A stretch of 56,715 nt of DNA, counting the filler, from Jimgerdemannia flammicorona (taxonomy: Eukaryota): the NCBI GenBank assembly GCA_003990765.1. It is 2 parts of 2 records of this genome, joined end to end, with 100 filler letters (N's around TTAATTAATTAA, not from the genome) between each part and the next. Parts side by side here need not be neighbours in the genome. Positions count along the whole stretch, not along the records: positions 1 to 28,309 come from RBNJ01000570.1; positions 28,410 to 56,715 come from RBNJ01000571.1. The stretch is one strand, 5' to 3'. Positions 26,545-38,999 of this stretch are shown piece by piece. The notes under the pieces are model-generated. The model did no database searches and was not told the origin of the DNA. It was given only the letters and a program-made list of their open reading frames with translations. The translations under genes and the position numbers were made by a program. Position 1 is the first letter of the stretch, and each line of letters begins with the position of its first letter.

Positions 26545-28074
26545 TATTATATAGTGGTTGCTGAGTCCTTCAAATATACTAGATTCTCTTTAAGATATAT
26601 CTCTTAGACTAACTTAAGTTTATTATAAGCAAGTTCTTATTAGAGTACCTTTCCAAGGTCTTATAGTTCTCAAACTTCTTATCTTTAAACTGTTTTATTA
26701 TCTCTTAGATTACTAGCAAGAGATTGTATATAAGTGAACTGAAACTGACTGACTTTATTTCAGAAGAAATAAAAGAAGTATTTATATAAAATATAATTCA
26801 ATGGTTGCTAAGATATAAAGCTAAATATAAATTCCAATAACTAAAATAAAATACTAGGACAGGAAAAACTACTAAGTTTCAGAGTTGGCACTGATGATTG
26901 TATAGGTTCAGGATGCTGGTATAATTCAGTATTATATCAGAATACTAGTGCTGGCATTATTCAGTATTATATCAGAATACTGGTGCTGACATTATTCAGT
27001 ATAACCAAGAGACTTAGAGCAGAATATTCAGGACCATGGGGGCTTCATTCTTATCATCACTGAAGGAGATAAGATCTACAAATTTATCATTGTCATGTAG
27101 GTCACATATTTTGCATACTTTGTACATATCACATGTCTTGCATATATTGTGCAGGATGATATCATTGCTGATGATATCATCACATTTGGCAGCGGGAAAA
27201 TCAGGGGCTCTCCAATCTATGAGATTCTCTTCCACAAAATAGAGAGTCTTGGAGAGGTCTAATCTGGATGCTTGGACCTTAGAATACTGAGATTAATCCT
27301 TATAGAAATTGATCTAGATTGTTCTGGAGAATAGGATGCCAGAAGTCTTCTACTTCATCACTATTGAGGGTGATAGTAGACTAGGCTTCTGTGTCCACTC
27401 TGGCTTCTAGTACATTGATATGGTGAGATAACAGGTCTCTGAAATCTGAGACTCTAACATACTCCAAGTTGGGGATTGACTATGGTACATGTCTGAAGAT
27501 CTGATGGATCTTCTTAGCTATCCTTGTTTTGCATATATCTATGGAAGTGACATCTTATAGCTCTTGAGTACTGGTCTGTGGGAACTTCCAGTAGAGAAGG
27601 TTTTCTATTTCATACTCCTGCTATATTTAGAGGCATTCAGTAGCAATGGTGATCCTTGTTTCCTTTTCATAGTGATAGAGGATATAATGATAAGAGTCAC
27701 TAGTATCCAGGTTGACACTAGGAGTTCTTCTTGAGTAAGTCCTTATAACTCTTCTGATGTCTTGGAATATTCTTTCTTCAACTGAGATATCTTAATGGTT
27801 TCTTGACCTTGAGGTTTGGTGAATAGCAGATATTTTATTTATGGTAAGTCTTTGAGCTATTTTGGGATTGGTAGGTCTTGTTGGTTGCTGCTACTGCAGT
27901 TCCTTGATTCTTCTTTTATATTTCTCAAGATACTCAACTATGGTTACAATAACTCACAATTGATCATCATTACTCATCTCATATATTATATGATCTTCTT
28001 ATACTCTAATCTGGTGACTTGTAAGAAAAGACTGTCTCCTGTACTGATGTCATCATTCTGGGGTCACCATTATA
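26545..28074 (-). repeat. 5' LTR of A3
   Basis: Reverse complement of 157-1678, PBS adjacent. Confidence 0.9.
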
Positions 28075-28309
28075 ATATATACTATTCCAGCCCAATATAT
28101 TACTTTAGTTTAAGATCAGATGAATGATATATATATACTGCCCTAGCCTGATATACTGCTTCAACTTGAGATTAGATAAACAATAGACATATATACTATA
28201 TTAGCTTGAGATTAGGTAAATGATATATATATATCACTCTAGCCCAATATACTACTTTAGCTTAAGATTGGGTAAATGATAGACATATACTACTTCAGCT
28301 TAAGATCAG
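28075..28309. repeat. Degenerate AT-rich tandem repeat at the contig end
   Basis: Recurring ATATACTACTT(C/T)AGCTT(A/G)AGATT...TAAATGAT units. Confidence 0.65.
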
Positions 28310-28409
28310 NNNNNNNNNNNNNNNNNNNNNNNNNNNNNNNNNNNNNNNNNNNNTTAATTAATTAANNNNNNNNNNNNNNNNNNNNNNNNNNNNNNNNNNN
28401 NNNNNNNNN
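28310..28409. other. Artificial contig-joining spacer (44 N + TTAATTAATTAA + 44 N)
   Basis: Exactly 100 nt, with a six-frame stop linker in the middle. Confidence 0.95.
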
Positions 28410-29119
28410 TTTTTTTTGGGTCGTCGTGTTATACATTATTTGACCGTGTCCCTTTTGGTTATGTTTACAGCTATTTCCACTGTACCCAAGGGAAACGGCG
28501 AGGATCTGCGTTATTGAAAGAGGACGAATGTACACCGTACATGGCACACGAGGGTCTCTTTAGTTTATTCTCCCAGCACAGCACAAAGAGTTCGTGGACA
28601 AAAGGTTCCGATGCGCAGGAGAACAAGGTTGATTTGATTCTACCATTTCGGCCCGAACTCCGCGCGCACACGCCGAAGGTTTGAAAATTTTGGGCTCCGC
28701 TGTTCCCCATCCAAGGGGTGGGTATAAGTAAACGAGTGACATGAATTGCACAGGGTTCACCGATCAGTCAGGTGGGCTAAAATATTAGTAATATATAACG
28801 GGTCTATAAACGGAATGGCATATATGCGGACTCGTTTCTAATTCATTGACATTGGTGAGGACTTGTCCTAAATGGACACAAACAATGTTATCTTATCGTT
28901 TGGATCTTTTGTATCCTTGACTAGGATTCATGCGATCGGCGCTTACAAACGACGATACGAAAAACAGACCATGAGCAAACCCCAGTCACGGACGTAACAT
29001 ATCTCCGCCTCTAAAATCTGCTGAGCGCGTCGAGTTTCCTTGTCGATTGCTGCGTACATCCTCCCCCCTCCCCAATCACACAATCAGTCAATCAGTTAGT
29101 CAGACAGACAGACAACTCC

Positions 29120-31267
29120 ATGGCGTGGATAACAAACCTGAATGAAAGGGTTGCCAAATCGGCAGTTGGTCGCCATTTCAAGTTGGAGGGATCTGGTGTC
29201 AAGAAGGAACGTACGGGGTCCAAGTTCACCACCGAGATTCGCGCCGGTGTTGCCACCTTCGTTACGATGGTAAACTCTCTTGTTCGGATCTATTGTGTCG
29301 CCAAAGTCATGCAAGTCTCGCTAACCAACGGGCAATTCTGCACGGACCCCAGGCCTACATCATTAGTGTGAACGCTGCCATTCTCACCGATTCGGGTGGT
29401 CCGTGCAAATGCACCCCAGCCCCGAACGCAACAGGCAGCGGCCTGATCTGCGTAGGCGAACCCGCTTACACGGCTTGCCAGTTCATCGTGCGCCAGGACC
29501 TCATCACCGCCACCACCGCCGCCTCGCTAATCGCCACTTTCCTCATGGGCGCCGTCGCCAATCTGCCTCTAGGACTGGCTCCGGGCATGGGTATCAATGC
29601 CTATTTCACTTATACCGTTGTCGGCTTCAACGGAACCGGCAAGATCGCCTACGAAACTGCCATTGCTGCTGTCTTTATCGAGGGGATCTTATTCTTCATC
29701 TTGACCATCTTCGGCATCCGTCAATGGCTCGCTCGAATCATCCCCATGTGCATCAAGATTGCCATGGGCTCTGGCATTGGTTTGTACTTGTGCTTCATCG
29801 GGTTGCAGAGCTCTGCTGGTATTGGCGCGGTTGGTTCTGATTCCGCCACGCTGGTCACTCTCTGTGAGTATATGTTATCCACTTGAATTCGCACCGAGAT
29901 TTAGTGTATGAGATCACACTGACACGATATTCATTGCATCTAGCTGGTTGCCCTGCTTGGGCCAAGGATCCCACCACTGGCGCCTGCACCGGCCACCGCA
30001 TGGAATCTCCCACGACGTGGATGGGTATGTTGAACAAGTAAATGAACGTTTTGTTGTTCTAGCCCGTCGATCAAAACTCATTTTCTTTTTTCTTTCTTTT
30101 CCCTTTGTTCCCTTTCAGGTATCCTCGGGCTTATCATCATGTCCATCCTTCTCCTCTTCCGCGTAAAGGGTGCCGTCCTTATCGGCATCCTCTTCATCTC
30201 TATTATCTCGTGGCCGCGTAACTCCCCTATCACCTACTTCCCTTACACCGAAGCAGGCGACGAAGGGTTTAACTTCTTCAAAAAGGTTGTCAGCTTCCAT
30301 CCCATCGAAAAGTAAGTGTTCTCCTATTCGACCAAGTAATAGTCAGTTATCGCCCAATTTATCAATTGAAGCATCGCTAATTCTCCCAAACCCTATTAGA
30401 ACCCTCGCCGCCTTCAACTTTGACCTCACCGGTGGTCAAACCTGGATTGCTCTCATCACGTTCCTGTACGTGGATATCATGGACACGACAGGAACGCTTT
30501 ATTCGATGGCCAAGTTTGGTGGTTTCCTCGACAAGAACGGCGATTTTGATGGTTCAACTCTGGCCTTCATGTGCGACGCCATTTCCATCTCCATCGGCGC
30601 CATCTTTGGCACCTCTCCCTGCACCACCTTCATTGAGTCCGGTGCGGGCATCACCGAGGGTGGCCGCACGGGCATCACTGCCATCACCACCGCCTTCTGC
30701 TTCTTTATCAGTCTGTTCTTCGCACCCATTTTTGCCAGTCTGCCACCTTGGGCCACGGGACCCGCGCTAATCCTCATAGGGTCGTTGATGATGGCGAGCG
30801 CCAAAAATATCAATTGGGAATATATCGGCGATTCCGTGCCGGCTTTCCTAACCATGGCCCTGATTCCTCTGACGTACTCCATCGGTAAGGATCACTTTCA
30901 TAGATATTTGTTTTCAGATTGGAAGGAAAACTTACTAATCATCGACGCACGATCTACCTCCACAGCCTACGGTGTCATCGCCGGTATCGTTGCCTATGTT
31001 CTCATCAATGGCTCGGCCCTCTTCATCGAGAAGGCCAGTTTCGGGCGTATCACGCACGATAATAGCAAGCGTGAAACATGGTGGTCGGGTCTCGCGGGCG
31101 TGGGGATCGTCCCCATTTGGATCAAGATTGTCGCTGCCAAGGCCCAGGGCAAGGAATACAAGCACGAAGAGGAGGACGAGACGGACGAGTCGATTGGCAG
31201 TTTTAAGCAAATGGAAAACGAAAAAGGGGTCGAGGAATTGCCCGTCGCGGTTAGGATTACAGAATAG
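29120..31267 (+). CDS. azgA: AzgA-like purine (adenine/guanine/hypoxanthine) permease, NCS2 family; 6 exons (29120-29269, 29353-29863, 29944-30024, 30119-30311, 30400-30884, 30966-31267)
   Basis: EIRAGVATFVTMAYII, ANLPLGLAPGMGINAYF, DIMDTTGTL and FIESGAGITEGGRTG motifs; GT-AG introns restore the frame. Confidence 0.92.
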
Positions 31268-31938
31268 TGTGGATGAGAGAGGTGTACGATAATCGAAGAC
31301 GGGCTTGATGGTGTCTTGACGCATGTCGACTTTTTATTTTTATTTTACTCCTTTTGTTCTTTATAGCATTTAATACCGAGAAGGCGGAGGAGCGGTTCAT
31401 GTGAACTGTTGGCTCTGTTGTTCTCTTTGTACAAATATAATAATCGAAAATCCCGTAATATGCGATGCGTTTGCAGGATGTGTTCCAAGTGTTCGGGCGG
31501 GTCTGCGTTTTGGTCGTCCACGCTACAGTGCTCCAAGCATATGGCTACATTTTGTCCCATATCAAACTCATCAATAGATCGTACTTGAAGTTTGAAGTAT
31601 GGTAACATTTCACCTTCCACGTTCCACACAAAAACAATAGCGATAATAATCGGGCAATAATGACATGGTGAGAAGACTATTAGCGTTAAAATGAGCGGAG
31701 ACGTTGCAGTTTTCGAATAAAACAGAATGCAAACTTTAAAAAGGGGCAGCCAGTGCATGAATATGATTCTAAAGGTAAGCATAAAAAAAAAGGTATCCCA
31801 ACTTAAGCTGGCTGGCGGGTATCATACAATTACATGGGTGATAAAACGACATGAACGAACATAGGAAATAAACATACAAAATAAATATATAAATAAATAT
31901 ATAATAAATAAATAAATAAATAAAAACGTATTCAAATT

Positions 31939-34900
31939 CTAGTGTCGCGGCATCCTAATCCCCGATAGATCCTGTTCGCTCGGGGACCGCATGGAGGACT
32001 TGGCCGGCCGTCTTGGGGGTACAGTGGAGCTGCTCTGCTGCGCGTACGCGGGTGCGGGTTTCGCGGGCACAAGTGGACGTTTCGACGTGTTCGACTGGCT
32101 GGCGATGCTGCTCACGACGGATGCGGGGAAATGCGGCGCTGTTTCGGGGGTGTCATAGAACGTGTCTGGGATTGCCCAGCTCTCCGGGGGCGACCAACTC
32201 GGTGGCGGGCTCGACCGGACCGATTGTGTAGGACTGGTGGGTTCCGCCGTCGTGCTGCTGGTTGCCAACCTGGCGGCGGGGATATCAGGCGAACCGTTGG
32301 GCGAGGGGACTTTGTTCATTGGCGGTTCGTCTCCCAGAAGGCCCACTTCTGTGATGAAATGGAAAAAGATTAAAATTCACCTTTTGATGCAGTCTTGTTG
32401 CGTAAATGTTTATGGAACAATTACGAACCTGATATGCTTTGATCCTGTGCCTTAGGTCCCCCCTTAACATGACCCGGGAACGCTTCCATGAATTCATCGA
32501 GAACTTTCTTGGTCTTAGCCTCAGCGTAGTAACTGCACTCGGGCGTAACGATCACGAACAGCAACTCAGTCGATAGGTCGTGCTCGTCGTACCGGATGTC
32601 GCACTTTGAAATTTCGTGCACACCAACACAGTCCACAGTGTAATAACGGAGGATAAGCATGAGGTCATAGTCGTTCAGGAGAATAATCCGCACACGCTTC
32701 CATACGCTGAATACTTTGACATTTTTGATATCGAAAGACCAGATCGATGACTGGATTTGAGATTGACAAAGATTCAACAGTCAGAATTAATGACCACACC
32801 GCCGGACCGACACTTGTGAACTGAGCGAGAGAGATGTTTACCGTGCTGTTTTGTAATATCTGGAGCTGTTCCGAGGTTCCGAGAAATCCTTTAGCTTTGG
32901 AATGCAGTCCAGATCGAGCCATCTGTTCATTCTGGCCAAGGATGTTGAATAATTCGAACCCCTTTGCCGGATCTTTATTGCCGGCCACCTTAGGGAAGAG
33001 AATAAACCATATCTTGCTCCAAAGAAGGAAAAATGTTGCCACCACGCAACATATCAGGATGATGGCGGTGCGGAGGGCGAACTGCGTCAGCAGATCAATG
33101 GTCGAGAGGTACATGACTGACAGAGAAGACATGCTAATGGATCAGTATTCTTGGTACATGAATTCAAAGAATCAAACGTAAATATTGTTTGAGGACTATC
33201 ACCGTACCTGGCAACGTTACAATAGCAGAAACGGCAAGCATGTAAACAGTGAAGGCGATCATATGACTTTCATTGAAAGGCCCACGGACCTTTCGAGTCT
33301 TGAAGGCCAGAACGAGGCATGCGACGAGCAGGAAGCCGTTCAGCACGTAAAGCGTGGACATCATGCCCAGTTCAAAAGACCGGGATTGGGAGCTGCACAC
33401 AAATATGTACTCCCTTGCGGGCGATAAAATCTGGATTGGCTAGAATGAAATCGCAAATGACATATCTTAATAATTATGCTTGGCACTGTGGACGAGATGT
33501 CAAAAGAAGTACGATGTAAAAAATAAATCTGCAGGGACATCCACCTTTGGAGGATCAACAAGAATCCAGATGGACACTACAATCTGTGTAGATTAACAAA
33601 TAAATATTACTATTCGCGTCCTTTACAGATGTTATTTATTCAAATTATATCTATTTCTCACCACTTCAATGGCAAGGATTACTCCACCGACGATTAAAAG
33701 TCGAGAGTCAGGAATGCCTTTGTTGAGTTTGCTGCGATTCTCTGTTGGGTTGAAGACTCGTCAGTGAAAGGCGGTTACATAACCTTTTGGCATAGTGAAT
33801 TTCATAGACGAAACGTACCGAATATCTCAAACACTCTATACGTCTTTGCCAGTAACATTCTACAATGCAATTTGGCAACGTTTTTATTTCGCGTCAGTAA
33901 ATTTACCTTAGCATTACTTTCGAAAACAAAATAGTCAACTCACCCAAAAACAAGTCCGAACGAGCACGCCAGGATGTAGGGCGCCGACTTGCACTTGACA
34001 TCACTCGGCTCGCCCACATACGTCAGAATATTGGACAATGCCAGCAGCACGCCGGCGGCGATCAGGCAACAGAACAGAGGACTAGCTGCTCTGACAACAG
34101 GGTTATGCCTTCGCGCCCACAAGAACCCAGCGGCCAGGATGACAAAGATGGCGGCCACTGCATATGTGCAAAGGAAGGCGAGGGCGGATTTGGAGGTCCA
34201 CTCAATCGTGATTGGCGTCACCAACTCGGAGCAATCATTCTTAAGGATATTAGTGTAATTCACAGGGCACTTGCAAATATCTGTGGAAAGATGGAATGCG
34301 CCGTCCGTATCGCAAGAACCGTGTGCGCAGCCATTATCACAGGGCGCTAAAGAGATAGGCAATGATAAGCTATGACGGCCCATTCCAAATTGGGGATACG
34401 AGAAGCACGGCAGGGTATTGTACTTACAAACACCATATAGCACGGTTCCGCCGGCTGTGAAGAGTTTAAGGATGTCCTTGACCTTCGCTGTGACAGTGGG
34501 AGTGAGAGGCACAAATTTGTTGTCTTGGACGATCGATTGAGCGTACTGATGTAAAGTTGGATACATGCACATCAGTTAGTCAGCAGCTTAGGTAGTACCA
34601 GATCTGTGTAACCACCCCATCTGCCTTTTTTGATATTTATGCATATATATATCCATATCTTCCAGACAAGAACTTACCGGATCCGTATATGTCCACCAAA
34701 TATACCGTAATGTTTTCCGCGCTGTGTCAATACTTGTCCAGTTGTTCTTGTGAAGGATGAGATATCTACATGAGTGAATACGGGCGTTAATAGATAGTGA
34801 TGATCGGCCAAAGCGATTGAGACTTACGCAACAATACTTACGTGAAACCGCACTGCAAGTATCCGAGTCAGAGCAAAAGTAGCCATGTTGTAGTTTCAGA

Positions 34901-36455
34901 TCCAATTATAGCAGTGGTGATGGGATATGTAGCCAAGAAATTACTTACAATAGGATAGCTCAAAGCGCTCGGGCCGTCGGAAATAGACGTGGCAAACCTA
35001 GAGGAGCTACTCAAAGCATCAGCGAAATCGTCGATGGCACTCTGGAAAAATATAATAGATTTAGAAGGTATTAGCTTGCCGATTATCAACGCGTGGTAGC
35101 AAAGCATGTTGTGCACCGTCTTGGTGCTCACCCCAATGGTCGTGCTATTCGGCCCAACTACTTTGCCAGCCTGGTTGATGAGAAGAGCGCTGGTAAGGTT
35201 GTTGCTAAAAACTTCGCCGTAGTCTTGAGGCCAGGGGAAACAGACGTATGTGTGTTAGCAACAAAGGACGCAATCACTACCGAGCCCCAAATACGATTCA
35301 CAATCAGATGAATTCTCACCCATATACCCAATAGAATATTGGATAGCGTAAATGTATTTGCCTACGCCGGAGTTAAGGCTTCCGTTGAAGTCAGCACGGG
35401 GCCACTTTGGCATCATACTGGTTCCGACGGTGTTGTTCCAATTCGAGTCGAAGCGCGAAAGCGCAGCGCTGAAGATGTTGGATGTGCCGCTGCCATCTTT
35501 GCGAACAACCACTTTGATGGTAGCATTGGGTAGCTAAACAGCATTTTATTATATTAACGCTTGCGAAAGCTAAAGTACGAGGTCAGTTTATTAGCGAAAG
35601 GAGAGCAAACCTGGAAGTTATTTGTCGCTTGGATAAGCGGATGGTTCCAGGTTAAGATCGTGCCATTGTAAATGCCGACGAGAGCTTGGCGCGTAAGAGT
35701 GATCAATTGGTTGATGGCATTGGCTTCAGGTACGTTGTAAGCGACCGCCACGGCACTGGGCAAGTTTTCGAAATCGATGTTAGCAGTTCAACATAACATG
35801 GAAAGACACGAAATCAATTGATCAAATTATGATTACCCGGCCATTGTCGGTATCATTTGCTGTAGCCGAAAGAGAGTTGGTATTAATTGCGTAGAAAATA
35901 AATACACATGACGTTGAGAGTTATCTTGTGATGCTTACCAGATCCCCGCCTAGAGCGTACTGTTCTTCGGTAAGCATCGCATCGCTTCCAGCAAATTGTA
36001 CTTTGCTACCAAGGATGGCATTTATGCCTGCCGTACTTCCTACAGCCGAATACGTTACTGTGACATTTTCATATGTTCGACTGGAAGATTTACCCAAAGA
36101 TATAGAATTTAGATTGGAGAACGTTGGTAGGATCGGTTGGGCAGACGAACAAATGAAATAACCAACATCGTCATTACCTGGAGTACGTGTTTGCCCAGAT
36201 ACTATAGACACTGTATGGAAATGAAGCACCGGCACCTTGTATAAGTGTAGTGTTTGTCGGCGATGTTTGTGCTGTAGCGTTTGTCGGCGGTGACGTTTGT
36301 GCTGTAGTGCGAAGTCCATGTTGTCAGCAACTTTGCAGACAATTGAGGATATCGGTACCCGAAAGCGACATTCCAGCTATTGATGTATGCATACCGTCAC
36401 TGCCAATGGTGACAAAGATGAAGAAGAGGGCGGCGACAACCTGCTGTCTCAACAT
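31939..36455 (-). CDS. Multi-exon receptor: signal peptide + PstS phosphate-binding domain + EGF-like module + class C GPCR 7TM + PH-like domain + Pro/Ser-rich tail
   Basis: GAGASFP, GSTAG, AGSDA, RKDGSGTS, SIGY (PstS); CDNGCAHGSC..CKC; PVVRAASPLF, AKTYR, AFKTRKV..FNES..I (class C 7TM). Some exon borders are approximate. Confidence 0.85.
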
Positions 36456-38287
36456 GATTCAAAATCTTCTCGGACAGGAGAAAGGAATGGTCCGCGGAAA
36501 AAAAAAAAAAAAAAAATAGATGACAACCCATGGTCAATGCGGTAGTCGACCTAATTATGTATAAATCACAATTACATTTAGACAGTCACCAACCAAAGAA
36601 CCGGGACCTCGTCTGGCTCTAAGGCCACACGTTACCGTTTGTTCCGTGGCACCAGTGGTACGGGGTTCTGGCTAACGAAACCGTGCCGACGATGGGGTAG
36701 TCGTGCCTGGAATTAGTCGGCATGCCAATTATTACGTTTCCGACGCCCCGGAAGCCCCTCCAATCCGAAGCAAACTATGAGGCACGAGGAGGGTCCAGTG
36801 GCTAAAGACCCCAAACGGTGACTGTTCTTACCGCTATAAGCACAGCGGGAGGCATAGCAGACGACTTACAATAGTGTCTAAGACAAAGGCGTATGTATGC
36901 CGAACTGACTGACGTCCGCACGTTCGGCGCGTTCACTATGGAGCTAAAAATGGTGGTCATAACCAGGTTTCCAAGTTCAATGTGGTGTCGTTTGTAATAC
37001 ATAGTTGAGTGTGAGGTCGCAAGTCGGCGAGTTTCAGACCGCGGGTAACAAAGGAACTTTGTGGTCGGGAATAATGGATTAAATGGAGCCCGATCGACAA
37101 TCATCGTGGAGCTTGCCCTCTTTTCTAAGTAATAATGACCGCACGTGGACACCAAAGCGCTGCAGGTGTCTTGCTCCGAGGTGCCAAGATCAGCAACACT
37201 CCAGATTATCGATGCAGTAACCTGCATACTATGCCAGAGCGAAAATCAGTTCTTCCTGTCAATTTGAGTACGCTTGATTTAGATGATGTTACCAGGTACA
37301 GGCTCATTACTATGCAACCGAATTAGCAACGATTTACAAAAACACGAAGATAATGATTCGAATGCACTGTGTACGTTTTATTCTGTACAGATTTCACGCT
37401 TTTAAGATAGGACGTGATTTCGGGTTGCTTAGTACTATGTGGCACCTGTGCCCAGAAACGTTGTACCAATATTTATTTAGTGTATTTTAAACGGATGAAT
37501 TTTGCCTCAAATAGGCAGGATGAACTGAATATCTCACCGGCATAGTACACATTCTCATGTCAAAAAAAAAAAAAAAAAAGAATCGAAAATCTATTTGACA
37601 GGTAGGTGGCGGAAACTCTGATTGTGAAATGGTGATTTTAGCATAACTTGCCGTGATAAGGAATTTCGTGCTAACTATTTATCGGTCCAAACGGCAGGTG
37701 GTTTATACGGAAGGTGGGGTGACTTATTGTCCATAGAAAGATCCACGTGGTCAAGATACCACCCCTAACAGTCGGTAAACCACCACTCCATCTCAACTAT
37801 ACTCGATCGCATTATGTAAGCGACCGCTGCGTCAGCTTCATAATAGCGTACAGCCACGAAGACGACCTGTTGTTTTGAGCTATGGCGCGTCATGTCATCG
37901 ATTTCTCAAATCATTGCAAGCTGAAACGCAGGACCTTCGAAACAGTCCAATTCCTTTAGTAGTATGACGTCATACCTGAGAAATCATGACGAAATGGGCG
38001 ATATTCGCCAAAGTCGCCAAAGTCGCCAAGTCGCCAAAATCTCACAAAGTCGCCAAACGCGTTTTAACCCACCATGGGTATGACTGTGCATATCGCCCTC
38101 ACCGTCGTGTTCTTGTGCACATTGTGCCTCGGCCTCAAGGTCCATGAGGAATTCCAAGTGCCGCAAGGATTCCACTTCCGCGCCAAAAACAATGGATCTT
38201 TTGGTAAGCCATTGGAGGAAATCTGATACACTCTAATATTCTGCTCTTTGCCCACGTCCGACGAAACACGTCCATACTGAAGCCAAC

Positions 38288-38839
38288 ATGGCCCAACATT
38301 CAGGTTACATCCAATCCCTGAGCACGTCCTTTGCCACCTTCCAACCCGACCTTCCCATGCACCAACCCAACCTTCCCATGCGCCAACCCAACAACTCCGA
38401 GACAGTGTCCAAGTCGATCGCTGTCCTCGCCGAATTTCTCTACCAGAACACCATCTCTCCTATCATGCTGCGCGCTCGGCTCTCGCGGTTCAATGCCGAC
38501 ATCGCCCGCCGCTCATTCAAGCAAGGCTACCCGGTCGCGATACAGTTTTTGACGTACGCGCACGATCCGTGCGAGGGATCGTACTTCGTGCACTTGGTCT
38601 CCGCGGGCACCTACCCTAAGCCCGCCGTCATCTACGGCAGGGTTGCCGAGGTCGCTGTCGACAGGGACCCAGGGAGCGACATCAAGGTTCCGGAGAATTT
38701 CGAGTTTAAGGTCAGCATTTTGCCGTTGAAGGGAATGTTGCAGAAGATCGGGTATGCTGAGAGTGCCAGGGATGCGTTTTTCTGTTTGCATTGGGGACCC
38801 GGAGACGACTTGCAGCTTATGATGCAGGGGCCAAATTGA
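38288..38839 (+). CDS. Hypothetical protein, 183 aa, intronless
   Basis: Open ATG-TGA frame with C/G-rich third codon positions like the neighbouring genes; no recognised domain. Confidence 0.6.
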   Translation: MAQHSGYIQSLSTSFATFQPDLPMHQPNLPMRQPNNSETVSKSIAVLAEFLYQNTISPIMLRARLSRFNADIARRSFKQGYPVAIQFLTYAHDPCEGSYFVHLVSAGTYPKPAVIYGRVAEVAVDRDPGSDIKVPENFEFKVSILPLKGMLQKIGYAESARDAFFCLHWGPGDDLQLMMQGPN

Positions 38840-38999
38840 CAAAAAAAAAAATCCGTCACGAAAATCCTTGCAATTACTGAAAATTGTATGAATTCTGCCA
38901 TTGAAGATAAATAAATACGTGTCATCAAGAAGGTCGCGAGGTTTTGGGAAACGTATAGAAACACGTTAGTAGAGTAAAATAGTATGTTTCATGACTTGA

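Larger units (their letters stand above)
19629..28074 (-). mobile_element. Ty3/Gypsy copy A3, near full length, inverted relative to A1/A2
   Basis: 5' LTR 26545-28074; gag, PR, dUTPase (~23910-24325), RT, RH, IN; PPT 20846-20857; 3' LTR 19629-20845 truncated. Confidence 0.93.

Noticed and set aside
28310..28409. TTAATTAATTAA palindrome between N runs; physical linkage of the TE nest to the genes
   Set aside because: Artificial contig spacer; adjacency of the two halves is not biological evidence.
34430..36240. Bacterial pstS contamination
   Set aside because: Interrupted by many GT-AG introns and contiguous with eukaryotic 7TM exons.
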